Origin: Octopus bimaculoides
Taxonomy: Eukaryota
NCBI RefSeq assembly: GCF_001194135.2
Contig: NC_068981.1
Coordinates: 176,895,455-176,941,947, forward strand
Reading direction: 5' to 3'
DNA length: 46,493 bases
In this document: piece by piece, positions 10,777-22,337 of the stretch
How positions within the stretch are numbered: the stretch's first letter is position 1
Layout of the letters: every line of letters starts with the position of its first letter
Translations under genes and position numbers: made by a program
Notes under the pieces: model-generated
The model's input: only the letters and a program-made list of their open reading frames with translations
Databases searched by the model: none
What the model was told of the DNA's origin: nothing

Positions 10777-11290
10777 CTCCTGATCAATGAGGTTGTAGTC
10801 TGTGGTAATATTCATCAACTAATATTACTTAGTAAGCATGGCATGCGCCTTTTATGGATGACATGCATACCAAAGTACAAAACGCTGATTCTGCAGCAGA
10901 TAATCAGATGTTTTATTAGTGACATGACTCTTGATGTTCAAATCCAAGTTATAAGAAGTGGTTTATTAATTTTAAGATTGGTTTCATTGATATATTTACA
11001 ATAGATGACATCTAGCATTAGCTAGAGCTGTCATTCTTGAGAGTCACAACCCCACTTGGATGTTGCTGAGCATTTATCTTGAGGTTATGAAGCTATCCAC
11101 ATTTCATCAATAGTTAAATGTGTTGGCAACAAACACAAGCCTTGCTGTAATATTTCCAAGTGAGCAGCGATAATTCAGTTTTCTTTAATTCTATTGATAA
11201 GCTTTATATCTTATAAATTAACAAGCTCCTCTACAGATTTCTAAATTTCATCAGTATAAAATCATGAGTGAAAAGTTAGTTTTATAACAA
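10777..11290 (+). pseudogene. Pseudo-exon: LLINEVVVCGNIHQLILLSKHGMRLLWMTCIPKYKTLILQQIIRCFISDMTLDVQIQVIRSGLLILRLVSLIYLQ* followed by a stop-interrupted coding-like extension
   Basis: Acceptor actcttttattag; 75 open codons (10777-11001), missed by the ORF track for lack of an early start codon. Extension beyond 11004 is less certain. Confidence 0.6.
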
Positions 11291-12659
11291 CAGATTTCAT
11301 CTGACTTTTACGAAAGAGGCTAAGAAGAAGATTTATCATTGCAAAAATATGACTGATTACTGCTGATATACATTTTTACAGTTATGTCTGTTGTTCTTAA
11401 CTTTATTATTTACTCGTATTTTATTTTGAATAAATTTCAACAATTGTAGTGTATAAAGCTAAAATCTAATTAATATCGCCTCAATTCTCATAGATTAAAC
11501 CAGCATCATGTTTTATTTTTACACTGTACAGCTAAACTTTATTCCATTAGCTCGACTTGATATCATCGTAAGATTTTAAATTTATTTTGTATTGTTTTCC
11601 TCTTTTTACAAATAAATATTTTATTTATTGACTGTCATATAAAACAACTTTTGAAACAAATCTTTGATTACATTGCTGTTAAATTGGTCTTCAACAATAG
11701 ACTATCACAGCAAGTTAAGTAAACGTGAGTGTATGTGTACGTGTATGTGTGTGAGTGTGTGAATGTGCATGCGCATGCGCATGTATTGTTCTGCTCATAA
11801 GTAGATCATTCAACAAAATATTGAATCTATAACTTGTTTTTATAAACCATCACCCTATGATGCCCATCTAAAATTTTCTCTCCATCCAGTCAATATTCTT
11901 TCATATCTTGCTCACTGTGAATATATCTTTTACTTGAAGGTTAAATTTACTCAATAATATTTTTCTTATCCTTCCATTAACAACAACCTCTTAATCTTCT
12001 TTAAAAAGCTTCTTGACAACTATCCAGACAATATTATTACATATATTGCTAGGGAAAAAAAAAACAATTCTTTTCTCCATAATTCTATTAATAAACATCA
12101 CAGGAGGAAAAAAAGGAAATAACTAACTTAGTACATTTACTGTAGTTTTACTTATGTTTTTACGTTCAATAGTTATAAGAATCTCCATTTTTTTTGTTTT
12201 ATTTTTCATTAATATACACACCCTAGAACTATTGGCTGCTTTCTTTCATTCACAGACTATCAAGACTATCCGTTTATTCATTCCCAACAGACAACAAGGC
12301 TATTAACTACTTCCTCTCCATCAGACAGAACTATTGATTATTTCCTTTACGTATAAACACCGGAATTAATAGCCTATTCCTTCCCAGCAGTCCCTAGAAC
12401 TATTAGCTTCCTTCACACGCAGAGATCAAGACTATTAACTCCTGGAGAATAGTCAATAGTCATAATTATTGACTTCTTCCTTGCCATTTAGTGTTGCATA
12501 CTGTTGAAAAAATACAAAAATAAAATGTTAAACACAACAAGTGGAAAAAATATTAACAATATGTAGATTTCTTTTTTGTTGTCCTTCTGAGGCCGTAACA
12601 CTACCAGTCCAGTGGATCTCAAACTTTCTCAAGACTACTCAGTCACAGTGCTCACTATC

Positions 12660-12696
<37 letters not shown>

Positions 12697-12697
<1 letters not shown>

Positions 12698-12965
12698 CCA
12701 AGCTCAAGAAATATGTCAAAGAAATCAGAATCGACATGAGAGCAGAGCAAGCTCGAAAAACTGCTCTGCTGGGGACAGCTAGGATTTTGGAATCAGCACT
12801 TGGGTGTTGAATGTCTCCCATGATAATTAACAACCAAGTATCAAAGATTATAATGTATGAAAAGAGACCCTGTGTGACCTCTGACAACAAGCTGCTGTCC
12901 ACTCTCATAGAATCTACCAGAACAAACAAGACCGAGTGCTCTGAGAAGTAAAACAATAATAATAA
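12697..12965 (+). mobile_element. 5'-truncated R4/Dong-clade (RLE) non-LTR retrotransposon 3' end inserted in (TAA)n
   Basis: 12697-12810 reads TKLKKYVKEIRIDMRAEQARKTALLGTARILESALGC*, the KxALLGTARIL C-terminal motif of R4/Dong ORFs. Preceded by (TAA)12 and followed by a 3' UTR ending in aataataataac. Confidence 0.8.
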
Positions 12966-12969
12966 CAAA

Positions 12970-13140
12970 AACGTTGTTAAGCTGCAATTGAAACTCACAA
13001 TGTTGAATAGTAGAAAGCATCATCCTGTATTCTGCAAGAATCCCCAGAAAGATTTTTGGTATTTCAAGAAACCTGTTGACACCAGACCTCAGAATAACAT
13101 CCCTACTAATTAAATTAGCATGTAATAGCTTTGGGATGAT
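12970..13140 (+). mobile_element. Second, more degenerate R4/Dong-like 3' end of a different family
   Basis: Frameshifted ...IETHNVE / ESIILYSARIPRKIFGISR (cf. KxxLLxSARILRKVL); runs into a (TAA/TGA)n tract at ~13137-13230. Confidence 0.55.
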
Positions 13141-13689
13141 GATAATTATAATAATGATAATAATGATAATGATAATAATAATAATAACGATGATGATGAT
13201 GATAATGATGATGTTGTTGTTGTTGTTGTTATTATTATTGAAGCAGCAAGCTGGCTGAATCGTTATCATACTAGACAAAATGCTTAGAAGTACTTCGTCC
13301 ATTTTTACATTCTAAGTTCAAATGCCGCCAAGACTGACATTGCCTTTCATCCTTTTGGAATCAATAAAATAAGTACCAATTGAAGAGGGGCCAGGATTAG
13401 TCAATAGCATCAACCTCAGTATTTGACTAGTACTGTATTTTATCAATCTTAATAGGATGAAAAGCAAAGTTGACCCCCAGTGAGATTTGAACCCTTGCCT
13501 CCTTTAATAGTATCTGATTTAAGCACAAGGCTTATAGTTTTGAGGGGAGGGTGTTAGTTGATACCATTGATCTCTATACTTGACTGGTACTTTATTTTAT
13601 CGATCCCAAAAGGACAGAAGGCAAAGTTGACATGTATGGAGTTGAAACAAATACTGCAAAGCATTGTTTCCCAGCAGCTCTACCAGCTG

Positions 13690-14070
13690 GCAACGATCTC
13701 GCTCGAATGTTTTTTCACGTGCCACTGGCACAAGTGCCAGGAAGGCGATGTTGGTAACGATCACGCTCAAATGGTGCTATTTATGTGCCACCGGAATGGA
13801 AGCCAGACAGCTGGTGCTCTAGCAACGATCACGCTTGGACAGTGCTCTTAGTGCTCCACTGGTACACGTACCATCATGATTTCGCTTTCACTTGCCCCCA
13901 ACAGGTCTTCGCAAGCCGAGTTTAGTGTTCAATCAAAGAGACGTTGGCATGGGTGCCAGTCTACAAATTTAGTTCGATTTCGATTCCTATTTCACTCGCT
14001 TCAACAGGTCTTCACAAGCGGAGTTTAGTGTCCAATGAAGGAATGTTACGTGTAAGTGGGCTGGCTACAT
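13690..14070 (-). mobile_element. CpG-containing repeat with internal tandem units (3 x ~60 bp, then 2 x ~90-bp-spaced units), related to the RTE-type 3' UTR
   Basis: Three g(c/t)aacgat(c)acgct...gtgccac units and two caacaggtcttc(g/a)caagc..gagtttagtgt units; ggtgctatttatgtgcc is the reverse complement of the ggcacgtaaaagcacc motif at ~4095. Confidence 0.55.
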
Positions 14071-14909
14071 CCCTGGCAGAGGCCAGAGGGTTGACAGGAA
14101 GCTGTCTCTGAAAAGTGAAGCAGTGCTGGCCAGGGCATATATATCTCGAATGATGTACTAGCAATTGTTGATTGTGTTATACTCCAAGGCATGACTGGCC
14201 AAAATAGAGCACCTATTCTTCTACATTCTGTGGTAATTGGTGGTTAGTTACCCCATTTATTATCAACATCTCCTGTGCTCTTCATATGACTTTCATTTAG
14301 CTCTGGCTTTTCTGGTGTTTAATGTATGAGTGGCAAATTTTCTCCCCAGTAAGATGCCAGTCTTTTGCAAATAAAGCTTTCCCAAAACACACCCCTACTT
14401 TCCATAAAGCAAATTTCAGTTTAATAATCCTCTTCAATATTTATTATCTTATTATTACCATACTTGCTTAATTTTGGCCTTTATAATTCAAAATCCAAAT
14501 TCTACCACAGAAATTTCCTCCCCTCTTTCCTTTTTATATTGTTTTGTCTTTGCCTTTTATCAATTCTTGTGAAAGAATTCCGAGAAAATAAATATTAGTA
14601 ATGTACTGATATCAATTCCATCAGCTATAATCCTCCCTTATAATAAAAATTTGACCGGTGATGAGTCAAAAGGAATCAATATTTACTTTGTAGATGATAG
14701 AAGAGATGGCTGAGATAGTAGAGTACCTGACTAGATTAAATTTGTGAAGCAAAAATGCTTGTTATACCTTGTTTGTGTAAAAATGAACAATAGAAAAGAT
14801 TTGATTTAGTTTGATGCTGTATTCCTTCTATCTTTCTCTCTCTCTCTCTCTATGTATCTATCTATCTATCTATCTATCTATCTTATCTATCTATCTCTTT
14901 CTCTCTCTC

Positions 14910-15113
14910 CACATCATTCCAATCCAAAATTTATTGCATACCTTCACCTTCAATAATTTAGAAAGGAAATTTTCCAAGCCAAGCTTCCGTGATAATAAAT
15001 AAAGAAATCAATTACTTGCCTTAAAAACTGACAATGAACAATATTTTATCACTCCAAACAAGAAAATTAGGCAAATAAGATCTCATTTTCAAGAACTCTA
15101 TAAAGGAGTATAA
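14910..15113 (+). mobile_element. Degenerate L1/Tx1-like LINE ORF2 fragment (endonuclease-RT linker)
   Basis: HIIPIQNLLHTFTFNNLERKFSKPSFRDNK*RNQLLALKTDNEQYFITPNKKIRQIRSHFQELYKGV*; F.NLE(R/K) and I...F..LY pattern typical of this linker; 1 internal stop in 68 codons. Confidence 0.5.
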
Positions 15114-18034
15114 AGAGTTTCTTTCTCTCTTTCTTTTAGTTATCAGTATCGGCATTATAATGTTTCTGATTGTTTATTTTCACTCTTGAGATATCAACAA
15201 ATACTTAGCAATGTGGTATTTATTCATGGTAGTATTGTAAGATAGTTGATAGTAGATATCAATGTTGCCACAACCACAACCCCCAATCCACCACCATACT
15301 GGTACTACTAATATCGCTATTGCTATTACTATATGATATCCTTGTTACCATCATCACAACACCCCTACAGCTTTGCTACAACTTCCTCATGACAAGACCA
15401 TCCAAACACCACCCATCACCAGAACATCATCATCGCAACTCCACCATCATTTCCACACAACAAGACCATCATCAAAACATTATCATCATCTTCATCATTT
15501 TAATATCCACTTTTCCATGCTTGTATGGTCCAGACAGAGTTTATTTGAGTTTTTCTATGATCAGATGCTCTTTCTGTCACCTACCTTCAACTGTTTCGAA
15601 GCACAATAATATTTCCCCATGGCCACACATTTCTGAAAGAATATCGGACATGAGTGATACTGCTTGTATGACAGTGACACTCATTTACAACTGATCATGT
15701 GATGTCAAGACAAGAAAACACAAATGCATACATACATGTGTGTGTATTTATAATATACATATACATATACACACACACACACATAGCAGGTTTCTTTCAG
15801 TTTCCACCTACGAATCCACTGGCAAAGCTTGGGTCAGCCCAGGCTTTAGTAGAAGACACTTGCTAGAGATGTCATGAAGTAGGACTGAACCCAGAGCCAT
15901 GTTGTTAGGAAGCAGACTTCTTACCTCTAAACCACACCTGCACCTGTCATCACATCAAAACACCACTACCACATAACACTACAGTTTCTATGACAACCAT
16001 TCCCCACAACCTGTCAGAACATGCAGTATAGCACTCAGTATGATAAATACATTGTATACCTGGAACAACAGATCTGTGGATCATATCCTAGTTGTTTGGT
16101 TGATTACTTGTGTGTGCTAGGACTACTCAATCAGACATAACCTTGGGTTATATAGCAATATATATCATTGCATAGGCACAGGCATAGCTTAGTGGTTAAG
16201 AAACTCACTTGGGTAAGTGTTTTTCTAGTATAGCCCTAGTCAATCAATGCCTTGTGGGTGAATTTCGATGCCTGTCATATGTAAAAGCACCCATGCTGGT
16301 GGCACATAAGAGCACCCATGTCAGTGACATGTAAAAAAGGCACCCGGTACACTCTGTGGAGTGGTTGACATTAGGAAGGGCATCCGGCCATAGAAACCAA
16401 GCTAAAATTAGACTGGAACCTGATGCACCTCTCCAATTTACCAGTTCCAGCATGGAAAGCAAACCCTGAATGATGATGATGAGATACAGACAGACAGACA
16501 CTTAGACAGACAGACAGACTGTCAGATAGATAGGTGTGTGTGTTTGTGTGTGTGTGTGTCTGTGTTTGTTCTTTCACTCTGCTGCTTGACAACTGGTGTT
16601 AGTTTGTTTACATCCCAATAATTTAGTAGTTCAATAAAAGACAGAAGTACCAGGCATAGAAATATAAATACTGGGATTGATTTGTTCAACTAAAAACCCT
16701 TCTAAGCAGTGCCCCAGCATGACCGCAGTTTGTTGACTGAAACAAATAAAAGACAAAAAACAAGTAAAGATTACTGCTAATACACTACAGTACCACTTTC
16801 AGTCATGACCACCACAAAAGATTATCACCACATCACAATTTTTAAATATGGGAGTTATTTTATCAGTCTGTTTTGCCAAACTGCTTAGTTGCGGGGTTGT
16901 AAACAAATAAACACTGGTTGTTTGTCAAGTAGCGTGTGGTACAAGCACAAAGATACGCACATAGATATATACATCCGTACATACACACACGCACACATAC
17001 ATATATATATATATATACACACACACATACACTCACACATACACTGTAAAGTGGTTGGTGTTAGGAAGGGTATCTAGCCATAGAAACCATACCAAAGCAG
17101 ACACTGAAACACAATGCAGTCTTTGGACTCATCAGATCTTGTCAGACCATCCAACCCATGAAAGCATGTAGCATAGCTGTTAAATGATAACGTGTGTGTG
17201 TGTGTGTGTGTGTGTGTTAATTATTTGTAGGATTCATTTGAATCAAGGTATTTTAATATTAAGGACACCAAGTGAGGGTCAAGATCCACAGATCCATGTA
17301 TATACCATATACAAACATGCCCGCATATACCTATGTATATATGGACATGTTTATACACTCACATATACACATACATGAACACATCAATATACACGTACAT
17401 AAAGATATACATGTACATGAAATTATATATTCATACACACCAGCATGCAGTTTCACAATCCAGTCTAAATTCCAGCATTGGGATAGTTCCAGGTATAGTA
17501 CACAGCACACAGTTTCTATCAACCAAATTCACCCACAAGGCATTGGTCAAACGGTGGAGCTATCTTTTTGGGGGTCGATAAATAAAGCACCAGTTACGCA
17601 CTGGGGTCAATGTAATCGACTTAATCCCCTTGTCTATACTTGTTTGTTCCCTCTATGTTTAGCCCCTTGTGGGCAATAAAGAAATAAAAAAAGGATGTAC
17701 TAGACATTGTAGTTCTGGAATCTTTGCATGTAAGAAAAAAGATAAGTTAGTCACAGCTGAAATGTCTTTCATCATAGGTTTGCTTGGTGAAGCCTATCCT
17801 GGAACTAAGCATCAACTACAACCAACTACCAAATCAGCATCAATAGTCTAAAAGTAGTTTATTTCTTTTCTTAAGATATCACTCTTACTAGAAAAAAATA
17901 GATAACAATTCCCCTTTTTTTTTAATATTTATTTATTTGTCTTTAAAATTTCTGCTTTGATTCTTAGACTCCCCCACCTCATTTTTTCTTGTTTGTTTTG
18001 TTTGTGTTGCATCAGTTTTATCCTTTTCTTTTCC

Positions 18035-18266
18035 TTTTACTTGTCTCAGTCATTTGACTGCAGCCACGCTGGAGCACCACCTTGGAGGGTTTTAGTCGAA
18101 CAACTCAACCCCAGGACTTATTTTTTTCAATCTAGTACTTATTCTATTGGTCTCTTTTGCTGAACCTCTAAGTTACAGGGATGTAAACACACCAACACCA
18201 GTTGTCAAGCAGTGGTGGGGCACAAACAGACACAAAGACACACACACATATTATATACATATACAG

Positions 18267-18307
<41 letters not shown>

Positions 18308-18475
18308 CATATATATACAATGAGCTTCTTTCAATTTCCATCTACCAAATCCACTCACAAGGCTTTGGTCAGCCCGAGGCTATAGAGGAAAATATTGGCC
18401 CAAGAAGCCATGCAGTGGAACTGAACCCAGAACCATGTGATTGGGAAGCAAGCTTCTTACCACATTGCCATGCCT
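18035..18475 (-). mobile_element. Main-family SINE, reverse orientation
   Basis: Both modules present around central (CA)(TA)n. Similar minus copies at ~15785-15945, 20235-20880, 35735-36095, 41435-41665. Plus-strand partials at ~2311-2470, 3356-3475, 3800-4005, 16540-16770, 46320-46450. Confidence 0.85.
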
Positions 18476-18914
18476 GCAATGTTTTGTTTTGTTTTTTAAA
18501 TACGTCATACATCTATGAAGTGGCTTTCACAAAGACCAGAAAAAGTGATAAATATCAAAAATTCCCTTAAGGGTGTGGTGGTGGTGATGGTAGGGAGTGA
18601 TCTTAAAGGAGTGTCTTAAGTGATATCTCACATATAATCCAAAGAAAAACAATAAAACTTTGTAAATATTTTGAAAGGTACCAGTTTATCTTTGATGGCT
18701 CCAAAGCTTTTCAGATAGCAAAGGGGGAAAGTGTTCCACCATTATTTTCCATGGTGAGAAATAGACTAAACAATCATTCCACATTTCTGTTCTACTTTTA
18801 TGAATGAAAGCCATTGTATGAGCTGTTACTGTTGTTGTCTCCCATATAAACAGTTAAGTTTCAGTTTTCAAAGCAATAATGGAAAACGTTATAATAATAA
18901 TAATAATAATAATA

Positions 18915-20130
18915 ATAATTCTTTCTAATTTTAGCACATTTTGAGAGGAGGGGGCAAGTCGATTACATTGACCCAAGTACTTTATTTTATTTTATCTTGT
19001 TTTATTTCATCAACTTCCTGAAAGGATGACAAAGTTAACCTCGACAGAAATTGAATGCAGAATGCAAAGAGCTGATAGAAATACCACTTAACATTTTGTC
19101 CAATGCAGAAGCACTTCTACCGGCTCACCACCGTAATAATGGTTTCAAATTTTGGCACAAGGCCTGCAATTTCGGAGTGGTGGATAAGTTGGTTACATTG
19201 ATCTCAGTGCTCATTTGGTACTTATTTTCTTGACCCTGAGTGGAATTTGAACTCAGAACATAAAGACGAACAAAATGCCTCTAAGTGCTTTGCCCAGCAT
19301 GCTAATGATTCTACCTGCTCACCACCTTAATAACAATTATAATATCAATAACAATCTTGTCTACTATAAGTATACGGCCTGAAATTTTGGGGGAGGGGAT
19401 TAGTCGATACCTTCAACCTCAGTACTTGTCTGGTACTTAATTCATTGACTCCATAAAGTGGGTGGTATTGACCCCTGGGGGTGGTGGAAAGTTCCAAGGG
19501 GACGTTGAAGAAAAATGGGGCAATAATAGGGTAGCAATTCATGTAAAAAGTGGGGCAATAATGGGGTAGCGATTCATGTAAAAACAGCAAAGTAATGGGT
19601 TCATTAGGTTAAATTGCTTTGAATTTGCTTCAGAAAGAGGTTTATGTTTGTGAGGGTTAGTTGGGGGTGGGGTCACAAGGAATGTGGCCAGGGTGTCAAG
19701 GGGGCGGCAGCCCGCAGGAAGGGGATAGTCAATTACATTAACCTCAGTGCTAGACTGGTGCTTAACTTATTGGCCCCAAAAGGATGAAAGACAAAGTTGA
19801 CTTCAGCAGAATTTGAACTCAGAATGTAGTGGCAGATGAAATACCGCTAAGCATTTCGCCCAGCATGCTAACGACTCTACCAGCTAGCCACCTTAATAAT
19901 AATAATAATAATAATAATGATGATAATAATCCTTTCTACCATAGGCATTAGGCCTGAAATTTGAAGGAGGGGATATTCAATTATAAGTGCTACTTATTTT
20001 TATCGACCCCAAAATGATGAAAGGCAAAGTCGACCTTGGTGGAATTTGAACTCAGCACATGAAGACAGACAAAATACTGCAAAGCATTCCACCTGCCATG
20101 CTAACAATTCTGCCAGCATGACACCTTAAT
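18915..20130 (-). mobile_element. Head-to-tail stack of ~5 second-family SINE copies/fragments in TAA tracts
   Basis: Same units as 33715-34430, all in the same orientation, with taataat junctions near 19135, 19328, 19894. Confidence 0.75.
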
Positions 20131-20144
20131 TATAGTAATAATAT

Positions 20145-20179
<35 letters not shown>

Positions 20180-20441
20180 GTACTGCTGTTCATTTCAATG
20201 TTGCATACTTTTATATATTCTTTTATTCTTTTTTATTCTTTTGTTTGCTTCAGTCATTTTGACTACGGCCATCCTGGGGCATTGCCTTTAGTCAAACAAA
20301 TCAACCCCAGGACTTATTCTTTGTAACTCCAGTACTTATTCTATCGGCCTCTTTTGCTGAACCGCTAAGTTACAGAGACATAAACACACCAACATCGGTT
20401 GTCAAGCGATGATGGGGGGACAAAAAGACATACAAACATAT

Positions 20442-20474
<33 letters not shown>

Positions 20475-21378
20475 CAGATATATATATATATATATANNNN
20501 NNNNNNNNNNNNNNNNNNNNNNNNNNNNNNNNNNNNNNNNNNNNNNNNNNNNNTTGATAAGGGGCAACACCCTGAAACTAGTCTGTAGATGCCAGACCAG
20601 CAAGGGGAAGTGGCTGACCTCCCCTGTTCGAAGGTTATAAAGGACACAGGTTCATGTGTCACATAGCTAGCTAGAGGCGATGGCCTCTTGGAGCTAATCA
20701 ACGGCAGCATTCATCCTATTTTTTTGGACTGCCATGTTGGCTTGGCAATAACTATTAATATATATAAATATATATATATATATGACAGGCTTCTTTCAGT
20801 TTCCATCTACCAAATCCACTCACAAGGCTTTGGTTGGCCCGAGGCTATAATAGAAGACACTTGCCCAAGGTGCCATATTTGTTGAATATTTAGATTCTAA
20901 TATGTCCATAACTGGTTACGTGTTTCTGTTGCAAAACTGATAAATAAATAAATTGAAATTTCAGATGCCAGTCAAGATTTGAATCTGTTGTCCCAGCTTT
21001 AAACTTTGAGCTTCAACTATTCTGATTTACCATTGTGTGTGTGTGAGAGAGAGATCCAGTTCTAAATGTCCTAACTTTGAATATCAGATTTCCTTATATA
21101 TTCAATATTATTTTAGTCTGTTTTTCCATGCTGGTATGTTTTAGGGAGCACTATCTGATGGCCTTTCACCGCAGACACTCAAAATGTTCTGAAATTTCAA
21201 TTCACTGTTTTTCTACCCACTGTCTTAGTGCCTTATCTTGGAGGTGTAGCAATCATAAAGATAGCTATTTCCAAGGCTGTTGCACAAAGCAAGTGCTAAG
21301 TTTCATCACAGAAGCTTTTTTTATCTTTTATGACCAAATGCTTCAGGTTACTAATTACCAAACCACTCCATAACATAG

Positions 21379-21432
<54 letters not shown>

Positions 21433-21799
21433 CATTTCTTTCTTTTTTTCTGTTTTATTGTAATTGAGGCCAAAGTGGTAGGGGCGCAAGCTAACCAAAA
21501 GTTATTGTTTTTCTTCTTTTTTCTTTTTGTTAGGCAAAAGAGGCAGAATATAGTCAATGTAAATGGCCCCCACTATGAAAAGATAAAAGGAGAGTCTACT
21601 CTAATGAAATACAAAAAAGGTGATATAAAACACTACGGTGTATTTAGTCCCACTGTATACTGCTTCTACTAACTACATCAGCCAATGATTGCTCAACTTG
21701 CAAAAATAATAGCCAAATCTCCCTAAAATTATACCATACCATCTTGGAAAAGGACACATTGGTTAATATAATCTAGGTACACTATGCCTGAGAAAAAAC

Positions 21800-22031
21800 T
21801 ATTGGGTTGTCCGGAAAGTTTGTGCCGATTTTTAAAGGAAAGAAAAAGGTCAATAAATACTTGCCATTACATTTTTAATCAACCAAATATGAACCATTTT
21901 GTTGCACAATGCATCTCCATCTTTCCTTTAACTTGAAAATACCCTCTCCCCAGAATTGAGGTGGTTTCATGGCAAATAAGTCGAAAGGTAAGCTACTATA
22001 AATCGGCACAAACTTTCCAGACAACCCAATA
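21800..22031 (-). mobile_element. Internally deleted mariner element (232 bp including TA target sites)
   Basis: TIRs tattgggttgtccggaaagtttgtgccgattt / aaatcggcacaaactttccagacaacccaata (31/32 match), TA at both ends. Minus 21985-21875 encodes FDLFAMKPPQFWGEGIFKLKERWRCIVQQNGSYLVD*, a mariner transposase C-terminus. Confidence 0.92.
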
Positions 22032-22102
22032 AAAAGAGAGTGAACTTCTTTGCCAGGACCAACTTAGAGCTAAGCAACAATTGATTGACTTAAATTTTAA
22101 AT

Positions 22103-22337
22103 CAGTGTTTTTCAACCATTTTCCCTAATTTACCCAGATAAACCCTCCTAGCCATTTGAAGTTTAAATATTCCCATTATATTTTTATAATCAAATATTAT
22201 TAGGAATTATATAAAAATAACTATTAAAATATTTTGTGCACTGTAGAAGTATAATCAATTTATTGCAGATAAATTTTAACAACAAAATCTTATATGGACC
22301 CCCAAGGGTTAATATGAACCCCAGTTGAGAACCACTG
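22103..22337. mobile_element. hAT (Charlie-like) MITE, 235 bp
   Basis: TIRs cagtgtttttcaac / gttgagaaccactg; 8-bp TSD ttttaaat (22095-22102) / gtttaaat (22338-22345). Confidence 0.85.

Larger units (their letters stand above)
614..11290 (+). pseudogene. KIAA0825: Decayed multi-exon protein-coding gene (unprocessed pseudogene), probably KIAA0825/DUF4495-like; may extend to 29643
   Basis: My manual translation shows a series of long, stop-poor, protein-like + strand frames. Several are bounded by AG/GT sites (1031-1157, 6899-7083, 8581-8837|8934). They are interrupted by stops, frameshifts and a SINE. Family call rests on collinear short matches to human KIAA0825 as I recall it, not on a search: QSIASLLPCL~QNAASIKHCI; FLYLAPEV~FLYPESEV; LYKIFLQDINVVFFI~LYSVIKEDFNTLYEI; NL..S(21x)K.IF with identical spacing; F*SLC~LWSVC; L*EWLKKIPRSAIKEY~LWDFLYNIPVSTCVEY; DMTLDVQIQVIRSGLLIL~DVALELTEQKINTMVLDL. 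Decayed gene is better supported (~0.85) than the name (~0.55). Confidence 0.65.

Noticed and set aside
13690-13990. Regularly spaced direct repeats superficially like a CRISPR array
   Set aside because: Eukaryotic context, degenerate units with related spacers, no cas genes; part of a retroelement 3' UTR.
15290-15500. His/Thr-rich ORFs 15320..15694 and 15373..15609
   Set aside because: Low-complexity (CAC/CAT)n sequence running into a SINE fragment.
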